A DNA stretch of 64,000 nt from Octopus sinensis (GCF_006345805.1 NC_043019.1:31247360-31311359), one strand, 5' to 3'. Shown: positions 24,994 through 36,675, numbered from the stretch's first letter. The notes: generated by a model not told the origin, from the sequence alone. Program-made: numbers and translations.

Positions 24994-25010
<17 letters not shown>
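24495..25010 (+). mobile_element. Two Penelope-type 3'-end (pseudo-LTR) remnants, each with a degenerate hammerhead motif
   Basis: CTGACGA-A-GAGC-TCC-GCTC at 24580-24598 (GAAA lost), and GTCT-CTGATGA-A-GGGATAT..ATATCCC-A-GAAA-CAGCCAT-A-AGAC at 24887-24934. Each remnant ends in (TA)n. The first resembles the 16330-16620 region. Confidence 0.55.
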
Positions 25011-25032
<22 letters not shown>

Positions 25033-25035
<3 letters not shown>

Positions 25036-25205
25036 GAAATATTAAAATTACTAAGTCTCTCTAAAGGAGATTACGAAGGTTTATAATGGACGCAGTTTGT
25101 GTGTCAAATAGCTAGCTTAAGGTGATGGCCTCATGGAGCTAATCAGCGACAACTTTAGTCTTATATTTATAAGACTGCCATATTAGTATGGCGATAACTA
25201 TTATA
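25033..25205. repeat. Diverged partial copy of the 359-bp unit: ~37 bp direct, then ~135 bp inverted
   Basis: TAGAAATATTAAAATTACTAAGTCTCTCTAAAGGAGA matches 26231-26267. ...GCCATATTAGTATGGCGATAACTATTAT is the reverse complement of 25931-26060. Confidence 0.85.
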
Positions 25206-25574
25206 TATATATAATATATATATATAAAATTATAATTTAGGGTATCTAAGAGATACCACCACGCTATTCAATGGTGCTTGGTCGAGTACGTATGTTAATT
25301 ATCAGTGATCTCAAATTTGAAATTTGAAATACTGTACTAATGAAGGAAATAAGTGAATAGAAATATGATTTTACATCTTTTTACATCTTTAACCCCGAAA
25401 TGCATATACAGTTAATCAAAGCCGGTTGGATTCGTTATTTTTTTTTCTCTTTACCTGCTTGAGTCGTTGAGTATTGCTGTCTGGGAGATATCTTATGGTA
25501 GTAGAATAGTATTTTAACTGCTATTTCTAAATTTTGGTATGTGGTGAAGCAAATTTTGCTGAACCCTAATTATA

Positions 25575-25860
25575 ATTATATATATATATATATGTATGTA
25601 TGTATGTATGTATGCATGCATATATCTATGTGTGTGTCTTTGTGTCTTTGTGTAACCCCACTTACTGCTTGACAACCGGTGTTGGTGTGTTTACATGCCT
25701 GTAACTTAGCAGTCTGGCAAAAGTGATCAACAGAATGAATCAGTATTAGGCGTACAAAGAAATAAGTCCTGGGGTCGGTTTGATCAACTAAAGGTGGGTG
25801 GTACTCCAGCATAGCCACAGTCAAAATAACTGAAACAATGAAAAAATAAAAGAATAAAAG
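25575..25860 (-). mobile_element. SINE family A, tail half
   Basis: CTGGGGTCG...CTCCAGCAT.GCCACAGTCAAA tail motifs read on the plus strand; head absent (orientation call tentative). Confidence 0.5.
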
Positions 25861-26099
25861 AATATATATAATACAAATATTAAAATAACTAAGTCTCTCT
25901 AAAAGAGAACAGCGGCAGCGTTCCCGGAAAATAATAGTTATCGCCATACTAATATGGCATTCTTATAAAAATAAGAAAAAAGCTGTCCGCTTATTAGCTC
26001 CATGAGGCCATCGCCTTAAGTTAGCTATTTGATACACAAACTGTATCCATATAACCTTCGAACAAGGGAGGTCAGTCGCTCCACACTACTTGACCGGCA

Positions 26100-26141
26100 G
26101 CTACAGACGCGTTTCGGAGTATTGCCCCTTTTCAATGCAGC
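26100..26141 (-). ncRNA. Minimal hammerhead ribozyme (HHR-B), U3-A8 covariant core, copy 1
   Basis: GCUGCA-UUGAAAA-GGGG-CAAUA-CUCC-GAAA-CGC-GUC|UGUAGC: 6-bp stem I, 4-bp stem II, palindromic ACGCGU stem III, GUC triplet. Confidence 0.75.
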
Positions 26142-26189
26142 GTAGCCAGCCAGTAGGTGTCGCTTCCGACAATCTCTGTTCGATGGTTT

Positions 26190-26232
26190 TATTTACCTAG
26201 TTCGGTGGAATACATCCACTTTTTTCAAAATA
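26190..26232 (-). ncRNA. Second hammerhead motif (HHR-A), copy 1, GAA instead of GAAA
   Basis: CUAUU-UUGAAAA-AA-GUGGA-UGUAU-UCCAC-C-GAA-CUAG-GUA|AAUA. Confidence 0.5.
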
Positions 26233-26457
26233 GAAATATTAAAATAACTAAGTCTCTCTAAAAGAGAACAGCGGCAGCGTTCCCGGAAAATAATAGTTAT
26301 CGCCATACTAATATGGCATTCTTATAAAAATAGAAAAAAGCTGTCCGCTTATTAGCTCCATGAGGCCATCGCCTTAAGTTAGCTATTTGATACACAAACT
26401 GTATCCATATAACCTTCGAACAAGGGAGGTCAGTCGCTCCACACTACTTGACCGGCA

Positions 26458-26499
26458 GCTACAGACGCGTTTCGGAGTATTGCCCCTTTTCAATGCAGC
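26458..26499 (-). ncRNA. Minimal hammerhead ribozyme (HHR-B), copy 2, identical to copy 1
   Basis: Same sequence, offset by 358 nt. Confidence 0.75.
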
Positions 26500-26546
26500 G
26501 TAGCAGCCAGTAGGTGTCGCTTCCGACAATCTCTGTTCGATGGTTT

Positions 26547-26592
26547 TATTTACCTAGTTTCGGTGGAATACATCCACTTGTTTTCAATAATA
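26547..26592 (-). ncRNA. Second hammerhead motif (HHR-A), copy 2, GAAA intact
   Basis: UUGAAAA-CAA-GUGGA-UGUAU-UCCAC-C-GAAA-CUAG-GUA|AAUAA. Confidence 0.55.
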
Positions 26593-26599
26593 GAATATA

Positions 26600-26640
<41 letters not shown>

Positions 26641-26752
26641 TATATAACAGATTTTTAATTGATTAATGGAGAATATGTACATACATATATATACATACAT
26701 ACAAACATACATACACACAGACACACATACATACACACACATACACACATAT

Positions 26753-26791
<39 letters not shown>

Positions 26792-27194
26792 TAGCTATAT
26801 TTGAGCAGGTGTGCATTTTCCAATATATTCTTCTCTTCATTTTGTTTTTTGTCTTTGTTCTCTTTTTTTTATTTATTTTTTTTTTTTTTGATATTACATA
26901 TACTAGAATTGGAATGAAACAGAAGATTTTAGCCTGATCTTTGCAGAAGCCTGACATTCAAATTTCTGAAGCGTTCCACATTTTTGAACTCATAACTTAG
27001 CAGTCCAGCCAAAGACTTAAATAGAATAATAAGCAAAATTAAAAGTTTTGGTGTTTGATTATTTGTCTAAGCCCTTCAGGGCAATGTTCTGCAATTATCA
27101 TAACCCAAGATAAAAATTTGGCGAGATTTGATATTCAGTTGCTATTTCTAGCATATCCAGTGACCCTGTGGAAGATCCTGATTTAGTTTACACA

Positions 27195-28225
27195 CATCAT
27201 CATCATCGTTTAACGTCTGTTTTCCATGCTGGCATGGGTTGGATGGTTTGACTGGGGACTGGCAAGCCAGGCGGCTGCACCAGGCGGCTGCACCAGGCGG
27301 CTGCACCAGGCTCCAATCTGATCTGGCAATGTTTCTACAGCTGGATGCCCTTCCTAATGCCAACCACTCCAAGAGTGTAGTGGGTACTTTCTATGTGCCA
27401 CTGGCACGGAAGCCAGTCAGATGGCACTAGCATTGGCCACAACTACAATTTCCATTTGATTATGATTTGATTTTTGATTTTGATTTTGATTTTACTTGAC
27501 CCAATAGGTCTCATCAAGCACGGCAAGTCACCCGACAATTCAAAGGTACTTATTAAATGTCCTGGTTATGCAACCCTGGTATAGGCTATGGCTGTGATCT
27601 CACTTTACTTGCCAGGTCTTCTCAATCATAGCATATCTCCAGAGGTCTCGGTCTTTCCTCATTGCCTCTGTGAGACCCAATGTTCGAAGGTCATGCTTCA
27701 CCACCTCATCCAATGTCTTCCTGGGTCTCTCTTTTCCACAGGTTCCTTCCACTGTTAGGGAGTGACATTTCTTCACAGCTCTCCTCATTCATATGCAGCA
27801 CATGACCATACAAGCACAGTCATCTGTCTTGCACACCACGTCTGATGCTTTTCCAACATTTCTCTCAAGGCACTTACACTCTATCGTGTGTGCACACTGA
27901 CATTACACATCCAGCGGATCATGCTTGCTTCATTTCTTTCAAGCCTATGCTTGTCTTCAGCAGTCACAGCCCATGTTTCACTGCCGTGTAGCATGGCAGT
28001 TCGCATACATGCATCATACAATCTACCTTTCACTACCATACAATCTACCTATCACCAGTAAAGGTAGAAGCTTTCTGAACTTTGCCCAGGTTATTCTTAG
28101 TCTAGTGACAACACTCTCCAAGCATCCACCCCCACTACAGACTTGGTCACCTTGGTAGTGGAAGCTATCAACTACTTCTAGATTCTCTCCCTGGCATGTG
28201 AACACCTCGATGCATTTTTCATATG
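27195..28225 (-). mobile_element. RTE-clade LINE, 3' fragment (RT C-terminus and 3' UTR with (GAT)n tail)
   Basis: LEVVDSFHY.GD..CSGGGCLES...RITWAKFRKLLPLL, and EGTCGKERPRKTLDEVVKHDLRTLGLTEAMRKDRDLWRYA. Frameshifted. Confidence 0.85.
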
Positions 28226-28257
28226 CGTGTTGTGGTTTATATACATATGCAAATACA

Positions 28258-28530
28258 CATACATAAGCATGCATGTATCACCATCATCATCATCATCATC
28301 TTCATTGTCATCACCATCATCATCAACATTAGCAACAGCAGCAGCAGCATCGTCACCATCACCATCATCATCATTTTCATCATCATCACCACCACAATCA
28401 CCGTCACCTTCATCATCAGTACCATCATCATCACCATCATCATCACCATCATCATCATCATTGTCATCATCATTATTATCATCATCATCATCATTATCAT
28501 CTTCCTCACCATCATCATTGTCATCATTTT
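28258..28530. repeat. (CAT)n-rich trinucleotide microsatellite
   Basis: Direct reading. Confidence 0.95.
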
Positions 28531-28914
28531 AATGCCTACTTTTCCCATGATTCCATGGGTTGTACAGTATTTATTAAAGCAGATGTTTTCAATAGTGGAA
28601 TGCCTTTCCTGTCACCAACCTTCACCTGCTTCCAAGCAAGGTAATATTTCGCCCAATGACCAGAACATGTTTGCTCTTAGCTTGCGTAGGGTTAAGATTC
28701 TTTGGATTCTCCTGTCACGCACGTAGTAAGCTGACACCCTGAAGAATGACTCAGTAGTTCAATACATGTTGCAGATCAATAAAATGGCATTGGTTGTATG
28801 ACAGCAATAATCATTTTACAAGTATCACGTGATGTCAAGGCAAGGAGACACAAAAGTACACACATATGCATGAATATAAACATGTACATAAATATATACT
28901 TACATATATACATA

Positions 28915-29520
28915 TAGCAGAACCGTTAGCATACCAGGTGAAATGCTTAGTAGTATTTCATCTGTCGCTACATTCTGAGTTCAAATTCCGCCGAGGCTGA
29001 CTTTGCCTTTCATCCTTTTGGGGTTGATTAAATAAGTACCAGTTACACACTGGCGTCGATGTTATCAACTTAATCCCTTTGTCTGTCCTTGTTTGTTGCC
29101 TCTATGTTTAGCCCCTTGTAGGCAATAAATAAATAAATATATATATACAGATGTGGCTGTGTGATAAGTATCTGCTTACCAACCACATGGTTCTGGGTTC
29201 AGTCCCACTGCGTGGCACCTTGGGCAAGTGTCTTCTACTATAGCCTCGGGTCGACCAAAGCCTTGTGAGTGGATTTGGTAGACGGAAACTGGAAGAAGCC
29301 CATCGTATATATGTATATATATATGTGTGTGTGTGTATGTGTGTGTATGTTTGTGTGTCTGTGTTTGCACCCCCAACATCGCTTCACAACCGATGCTGGT
29401 GTGTTTACGTCCCCGTAACTTAGTAGTTCATCAAAAGAGACCAATAGAATAAGTACTAGGCTTACAAAGAATAAGTCTTGGGGTCGATTTGCTTGACTAA
29501 AGGTGGTACTCTAGCATGGC
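28915..29520 (+). mobile_element. Adjacent SINE family B (~28915-29130) and family A (~29150-29520) copies
   Basis: Family-diagnostic motifs as above. Confidence 0.85.
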
Positions 29521-30206
29521 CACAGTCAAATGACTGAAACAAGTAAAAGAATAAAAGAGAATTAGGTGCATATTTTGCCATAAAAGGAAAATGTTACTAT
29601 TGATCTGTTTTATTCAGGGTAGGTACTCGCTACCTTTCCTACCCAGGTGGCACGTCCCTGATATACATATATATATATATATATATATACAAATAAGAAA
29701 ATGGAGGAACAGATTCATTTCAATCATCGACTTACAGATATTACCAATTCATATTATTTATTAACTACATAAATAGGAACATCCAAATCCAACAAAACAA
29801 AACAATATACATCAATATGTAAGATAATAATACCATCGGTACTATCATATTTGGCATTTTGGTGCTTCACCAGCAGTATATTGGATAACTGATATCCCAT
29901 AGTGGGTTACACTCATAACCCCTATCTCACTTTGTACTTATATATATATATATATATATATATAGTGTAATAAATAAAATATATGCATACATACAAACAT
30001 ATATGTACGTACCTACATCTACATGTATATATACATGCATATATAAATATATACACATGAGTACAGGACACCACAACTAGACGTAGAACTCAACGAGAAA
30101 CAAAAACGGAAAAACCATTTTTTTACAACAGGAAAACAGAGTACAGGACAACTACACAAGGAAAAATCCCCTATCATTTTCGTTCCGTTCTTTATTCTCC
30201 CTGTAC

Positions 30207-30238
<32 letters not shown>

Positions 30239-30550
30239 TTAAGTCACAATATATGGATTGAAGAGATCTGGTAGTACTCATCAAAAATGTTCCTTAATGT
30301 ATCATTCTGCAATGGATTTCTTTTTCAACCCAAAGACCTAGATTAATATCTGCATTAATTTAAAGATTGTTTATATTAATGCAGACCTGTAAGTAATTTA
30401 TTATTTATTATAAAATATAATAAAATAAATTATCTTTGCATATTTTATTAAGTTGCAAAGCTATGGTCATGATATAAGAATTTCCAATGGTTAAATAAAT
30501 TTTATCATACTATATTTCTCTCATTATTTATAACTTTATATACATATATA

Positions 30551-30965
30551 GGCGCAGAAGTGGCTGTGTGGTAAGTAGCTTGCTTACCAACCACATGGTT
30601 CCGGGTTCAGTCCCACTGCGTGGCATCTTGGGCAAGTGTCTTCTGCTATAGCCCCGGGCCAACCAATGCCTTGTGAGTGGATTTGGTAGACAGAAACTGA
30701 AAGAAGCCTGTCGTATATATGTATGTATATATATGTGTGTGTATGTGTTTGTGTGTCTGTGTTTGTCCCCCTAGCATTGCTTGACAACTGATGCTGGTGT
30801 GTTTCCGTCCCCGTCACTTAGCGGTTCGGCAAAAGAGACCAATAGAATAAGTACTGGGCTTAGAAAGTATAAAGTCCCTGGGTCGATTTGCTCGACTAAA
30901 GGCGGTGCTCCAGCATGGCCGCAGTCAAATGACTGAAACAAGTAAAAGAGTAAAAGAGTAAAGAG
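30551..30965 (+). mobile_element. SINE family A, full length
   Basis: GGCGCAGAAGTGGCTGTGTGG head to (GTAAAGA)n-like tail. Confidence 0.9.
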
Positions 30966-31104
30966 TATATACTTTGTTGCTGCATTTTGTTTGCAAGATT
31001 CTTTATGTGAATTCATGAGTTGAAACAAATTTTGTTGTGTCTGGGGAGAGTCATTATGTCAATATTAATACCATATGCACTTGTTCAATTCCATTCATTT
31101 ATGT

Positions 31105-31380
31105 GTATAAATCATCATCATCATCATCATCATCATCGTTTAATGTCTGTTTTCCATGCTAGCATGGGTTGGAAGGTTTGACCAAGGTCTGGCAAGCCGG
31201 GAGGCTGCACCAGGCTCCAGTCTGATCTGGCAGTGTTTCTACAGGTAGATGCCCTTCCTAATGTCAACCACTTCATGAGTGTAGTGGGTGCTTTTTACAT
31301 ACCACCAGCACAAGGGCCTGAGGAGGCAATGGCCATGATTGGTTGGTGTTTTTTATGCGCCACTGGCAGAGAAACCGGTC
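31105..31380 (-). mobile_element. RTE-3'-end-related short element (family D) with (GAT)n tail
   Basis: CATCATCGTTTAATGTCTGTTTTCCATGCTAGCATGGGTTGG motif, shared with 27195, 37730, 48540, 49415 and 50790. Confidence 0.8.
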
Positions 31381-31399
31381 AATATATATATATATATAT

Positions 31400-31436
<37 letters not shown>

Positions 31437-31447
31437 ATATACATATA

Positions 31448-31498
<51 letters not shown>

Positions 31499-31735
31499 AT
31501 AATATATATATATATACACATATACATATACATATACATGTATATATATATACATATTTGTGCGTGTGTGTATATATAGATATATAGATATATATACACA
31601 CATATACATATACATGTATATATACATATACATATATAAACATATAATATATATATATATTATTATATATATATATTATACACACAACATATACATATAT
31701 CTTTATGTATACACACACACAGACAGACAGACAGT

Positions 31736-31799
<64 letters not shown>

Positions 31800-31800
31800 G
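31381..31800. repeat. (TA)n then (GACA)n/(GATA)n microsatellites
   Basis: Direct reading. Confidence 0.95.
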
Positions 31801-32439
31801 TCTGATGATGGTTAACTGGCCAAAGCTTTGAAGTCAATCTCAGTAATATTTTTGTCTAAGAAAAATAAATTTGCACTTTACGAAATCACAAAGTAACAGT
31901 TCAGATTAACGTTATACTGTTTTTTATTTTAATGGAGCAGAAAAACAAACACGCACACATACACGCACACACATACATATACACCTCGTGTGTGCATATT
32001 TGTGTGTTCATGTGTGCACATAAGCCAATGTGTGTGCATGTGCATGTGTGTGTGTGTGTAAAGTTTTCTTTCTTTCCAATTTATTCTTTGCTTTGTTTCA
32101 CTATATTTTTTAAAACCATAATACTTCAGTTCTTTAAAACTTTTCCGTCTTTCTAATCTTCCACAATAACAATAGATAAAATATCAGTTTTATTGCATCC
32201 CCTGTTTATTTGTATTCTCCTGATATTTCTGTGTTACTCACTCTTCGCAGAGCACTTAACACTTTATAATACATAACGATTGATTATCGTTTTACCATTA
32301 ACATGAAACAGAAGAACGAAAGTATTATACTGTTTTATAAAATTAGTAAGAAAAAAAATCAACCTGAAGAAATAATGATTCTTTAATTATAAGAGAATAC
32401 TCAAAAACAAAAGAAAGAGAGAAAGAGATAGGGAATGGG

Positions 32440-33120
32440 AACGGGCGAGAGAGAGAGAGAGAGGCGGAGGAGAAAGAGAGGGGGAGGAAGAAAAAGAGAG
32501 AAAGGAGGAGAAGAAAGAGAGATAGAGAGGTGGACAAAGAGAGAGAGAGGGGAGGAGAAAGAGAGATAGAGAGGAGGAGAAAGAGAGAGACAGAAGGAGG
32601 GAGAGAAGATGTAAGAAAATACATGACTCTTTAAAGAAAATACACACTTTTTAAGAACAAAAGAAAGAAGGAAAGAAAGAAACAAATAGAGAGACAGTGA
32701 GGAAAGGGAGAGAGAAAGAAGAGAAAGAGAGAGAAAAGGGGAAGACAGAGAGCAGGAGGGTTATGGAAGGGAGAGGAGGAGGGTGAGAGAGAGAGGAGGT
32801 AGGAGAGAGGGGAGGCACAAGGGAGAGGAGGCAGGAGAGAGAGGAGGGAGGAGAGAGGGGAGGGAGAGGAGGGAGGCGAGAGGAGGAGGGTGAGAGAAAG
32901 AGGATGCAGGTGAGAGAGAAGATGGAGAGAGAAAGGAAGAAGTGAGAGAGAGGAGGGGGAGGAGAAGGAGGGTGAGAGAAAGAGGATGCAGGTGAGAGAG
33001 AAGATGGAGAGAGAAAGGACGAGGTGAGAAAGAGAGAGAGGAGAAGGAGAGAAAGAGGATGCAGGTGAGAGAGAAGATGGAAAGGAGAAAGTGAGAGAGA
33101 GAGAGGAGGAGGAGGAGAGA
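32440..33120. repeat. GA-rich polypurine tract with an internal ~40-bp repeat (GAGAAAGAGGATGCAGGTGAGAGAGAAGATGG, 3 copies)
   Basis: Direct reading; copies near 32893, 32975 and 33048. Confidence 0.9.
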
Positions 33121-33402
33121 GCCAATCGTTTGCTATGAAAGTATGTCACAATATAGAAGAGAATGTGATGTTTATTTTGAAGTAGCATTAGTGTTTGTTT
33201 TCTGTGTTTTCGCAACCTTTTGCCATTTTATTCTCTAAAACCAAATCAATTTACAGGCATCCATCATCCCCACACATTTACAGAAATACGGCGTTTCTCA
33301 CAAAATCTTACTTTAAATATGAAATGTCTTAAGAGGAAAGAGGCAAAAGAAGCAAAACCTATTTTCCTCATATTGACTTCCATGTTATGAAGCAGGAATG
33401 GT

Positions 33403-33635
33403 TTACATAATTAACATAAATAATGTGAGTTATGCCCATTGTCATCATTTACATAATTAACATAATTAATGCGAGTTATTCCCATTGTCATCGTTTACAT
33501 AATTAACATAATTAATGCTGCGAGATATGCCCATCATCATCATTTACATAATTAACATAATTAATGTGAGTTATGCCCATTGTCATCATTTACATAATTA
33601 TAATAATTAATGCAAGTTATGCCCATCATCATTAT
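33403..33635 (+). repeat. ~44-bp minisatellite, about 5 copies
   Basis: TTTACATAATTAACATAATTAATG.GAGTTATGCCCAT..TCATC repeated. Confidence 0.9.
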
Positions 33636-35076
33636 TTAACATCCAGGGGTTGAGCAGTTTGATAGGGAACTTGTGAGCTGTAGGGCTGAGCCATACTCTG
33701 GTGTCAGTTTTGGCATGGCTTCTATGGCTGAGTGCTCTTCATAGCACCATCCATCTTACAATGTGTACTGGATGGCTTTTTGGGGTATTATCCTGGCACC
33801 ATCGCTAGTGAGGTCACCAAGTAAGTTACAAGACAGAAAAGAACAGGAAAAAGGAAAACCCCCACCGGAGAGTAAGTGGCAACCAACTCAAAAGAGTTTA
33901 TTTGGTTGGAGGCTATCATAGAAGACTCATGGCCAAGGTGCCACACAGCAGGACTGAACCTTCCCACATACTCACTGCACCTATGCTAGATTCTTGTTCA
34001 AGTTTTCTCCATAGATCTATGTCTGTATAAATCTACAAGTCTGCCTCAACATTCTTTTTTCTCCCTTACTTTTGCTGTTGTTTAATACCAGACCAAAATA
34101 GTAGCAATCAGAAAAAAAAACCGAAAAAAAAACCCTCTATATTTATCTCTGGTGAAGTATATTTCTATTTATTCTTTTAACAAAACTATTATCACATATA
34201 TTCAAGAAATGATCATCCAGTCTTTTGGTGAGAAACATCATAATCAAGGCTACATTGTTCTGTCATTTTATGTGTTTATTTTTCCATTTATGAAGAGTGT
34301 AAGGTATAATTTGACGGAGGTTTGCCTTGCGATCTCTCAACAAATAAGTAATTACCTAGATCCCTTCTTTGTTATTTCATAGATGATATATTGACAGTTC
34401 AGATGAACAAAGGTATTCTAGCTATTACCATCCTGTCTTTTTCTCAGACATGGTTCCTCCCTCTTCAAACAGAGTTGTGGTTTGACAGTATCACTATTCC
34501 TTTACTGATAAATTCTAGTATATTTGGTATTTAAGTCATCAAAGTATTCTTTCATTATATATATTTCTTTTTTGGTCGTTGTTTGTTTATTTTCCATGAA
34601 ACTACCACTAACACACCACACCTATCATCACTATCACCACCACTGCTACCACCACTGCCGCCACTGCCACCACCATCACTACCATTATTTCATCTCTGAA
34701 ATAATCCAAACTATTGGTTACATTATCAACGTTATTGTTGTTTAACACCCTGTCAAATCTGGTCCTAAAGTCCTATGACCTAAAGCATTCCAATAATTTT
34801 CTAAGGGGTATCCAAACCCTTCTTTTAATTAGCTCTTTAACTGAAATTTTAAATTTTATGGTTATTCCTGTAACAATGTTAATTATCTACCAAAAAATAG
34901 AATTGGTATTTTCTGCAAGTCATGTATCTTTCAATAGACTTGACATATGTCAACAGAAAATAGTTTCAAACATGACATTCCTCAACAAAAGATAGATTGG
35001 TGATTAAAACTAATCTACAGATAAGGCTAATGAAATTTTGAGTGCATCTATCTGATTTCTGTAGTAAAAACATTAA

Positions 35077-35376
35077 CCCATTAAGTCCCAGAGTACTTAA
35101 ATATCTGAATATTACTTTTACATTTTTACAATTGATTGAAAATAGATTAAAATGAAAAAATTAATTATTAAAACTCCTTTACTTCATATTACTTTAAAAT
35201 TTTTACAAATGATTGAAAATAGGTTAAAATGAAAAAGTTAATTATTAAAACTCCTTTACTTCAAGTAGAAATGGAAATACTTGGTGTCCTATAAATAGGA
35301 CACTGAGACAATGTGATATAGCTAATTTAATGTTCTCATTTAGTGTCCTATTTATGGGACAGTGGGTCTTAATGGG
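35077..35376. mobile_element. piggyBac-like MITE (300 bp) with internal ~70-bp duplication
   Basis: TTAA|CCCATTAAGTCCCA ... TGGGTCTTAATGGG|TTAA; subterminal GTGTCCTATAAATAGGACAC palindrome. Confidence 0.85.
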
Positions 35377-35423
35377 TTAAAATATAAATAGAAGACATTG
35401 GATAATATGAACCCGGGTTCAGT

Positions 35424-35650
35424 ATGTCTGGAAAAAAATTCAATGTGTCTGGGAAAAAATTCAATGTGTCTGGAAAAAAATTCAATGTGTCTGGAAAAAA
35501 AATTCAATGTGTCTAGAAAAAAAATTCAATGTGTCTAGAAAAAAAATTCAATGTGTCTGGAAAAAAAATTCAATGTGTCTGGAAAAAAAATTCAATGTGT
35601 CTGGAAAAAAATTCAATGTGTCTGGAAAAAAATTCAATGTGTCTGGAAAA
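35424..35650 (+). repeat. 21-22-bp minisatellite (AATTCAATGTGTCTGGAAAAAA), about 11 copies
   Basis: Direct reading. Confidence 0.97.
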
Positions 35651-36455
35651 AACAGTCATGGTTGGAATATCTTTGATCACAGGTTTGATGAGATCCTTTA
35701 ACCCTTAAACTGTGAAATTAAATTTCGTGGTTATTCCAGTAATGATGTTAAGTATCTACCAAAAGTATTTCTTAAAAAACTTGTTGTTTCAATAAACTTG
35801 ATATAACAGAAATTAGTTTCCAACATTACATTCTTCGACACAACATAGGTTGGAGTATAAAACTTGCTTTCTGCAGTTAGTGGTAATGAAATTTTGAATG
35901 GACATATCTAATTTCTACAGTAAAAGGGCGATTGTAGTTGAATGGGATTTGATGAAAATAAAGTGGCTACGTCCGGTAGATTGGCTAGCTGTGAGAAAGC
36001 ACCTTCTCAAACTCAAAAACTATTTGTTATTTGGCATCAAATGTGTCCTGATTGAATAGATCTATAATTAAAGGCATTCTAACTGGACATTGTGTCTTTA
36101 TAAAGATACACGAATTACATTCCTTGAAGTCTTCTCTTTATTATTTAAGATAACAGAGGTGATTTGAAGGAATTTTGGTTGCTAATTCTATCAGGTTCAA
36201 AGAGTGTGTACAGGCTTCCTGGTTGAGATCAAACAAGAGATATAACAGGATATGAATAATTTGTAACAGGATGTGATGACTCTTCTGCCAAAAGCCAGAC
36301 TTTTATCAATTTTGAAACTGACTCACATAGTTTGTGTGCATACAGGTATGTGTGTGTGTGTTTCCTTGTGTGTGTGTGTTTTCCTAGAGTTTTATTTAAG
36401 TTCTTAAAAGGGTTCAAGCTGGTTGCTAACAAAATATGAACACTTTTTGAGTTAA

Positions 36456-36675
36456 CCCTTTAGCATTTAAACTGACCATCTCCGGCCCAAATATTCTACC
36501 TGTTTTATGTTCAAACTGGCCAGATCCTGCTTCTTACACCTACCCTACAATGTCATTCTAAAAGCATTCAATCACGTCATCAGAATCTCCAAGCTAAGAG
36601 ATAATCCACAATTAATTCAAAATGATGTGAATAAGTAAGCAATACATTTGACAGAGTAAACTGAATGCTAAAGGG
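36456..36675. mobile_element. piggyBac-like MITE (220 bp)
   Basis: TTAA|CCCTTTAGCATT ... AATGCTAAAGGG|TTAA. Confidence 0.85.

Larger units (their letters stand above)
25875..26595 (-). mobile_element. Tandem dimer of a ~359-bp non-coding unit with two hammerhead motifs per unit (retrozyme-like / Penelope pseudo-LTR tandem)
   Basis: AAATATTAAAATAACTAAGTC at 25875 and 26234. Units differ by about 4 small changes. No ORF; (TA)n at the right flank. Confidence 0.85.

Noticed and set aside
35424-35650. Regular short direct repeats superficially like a CRISPR array
   Set aside because: No unique spacers, eukaryotic context and no cas genes; it is a minisatellite.
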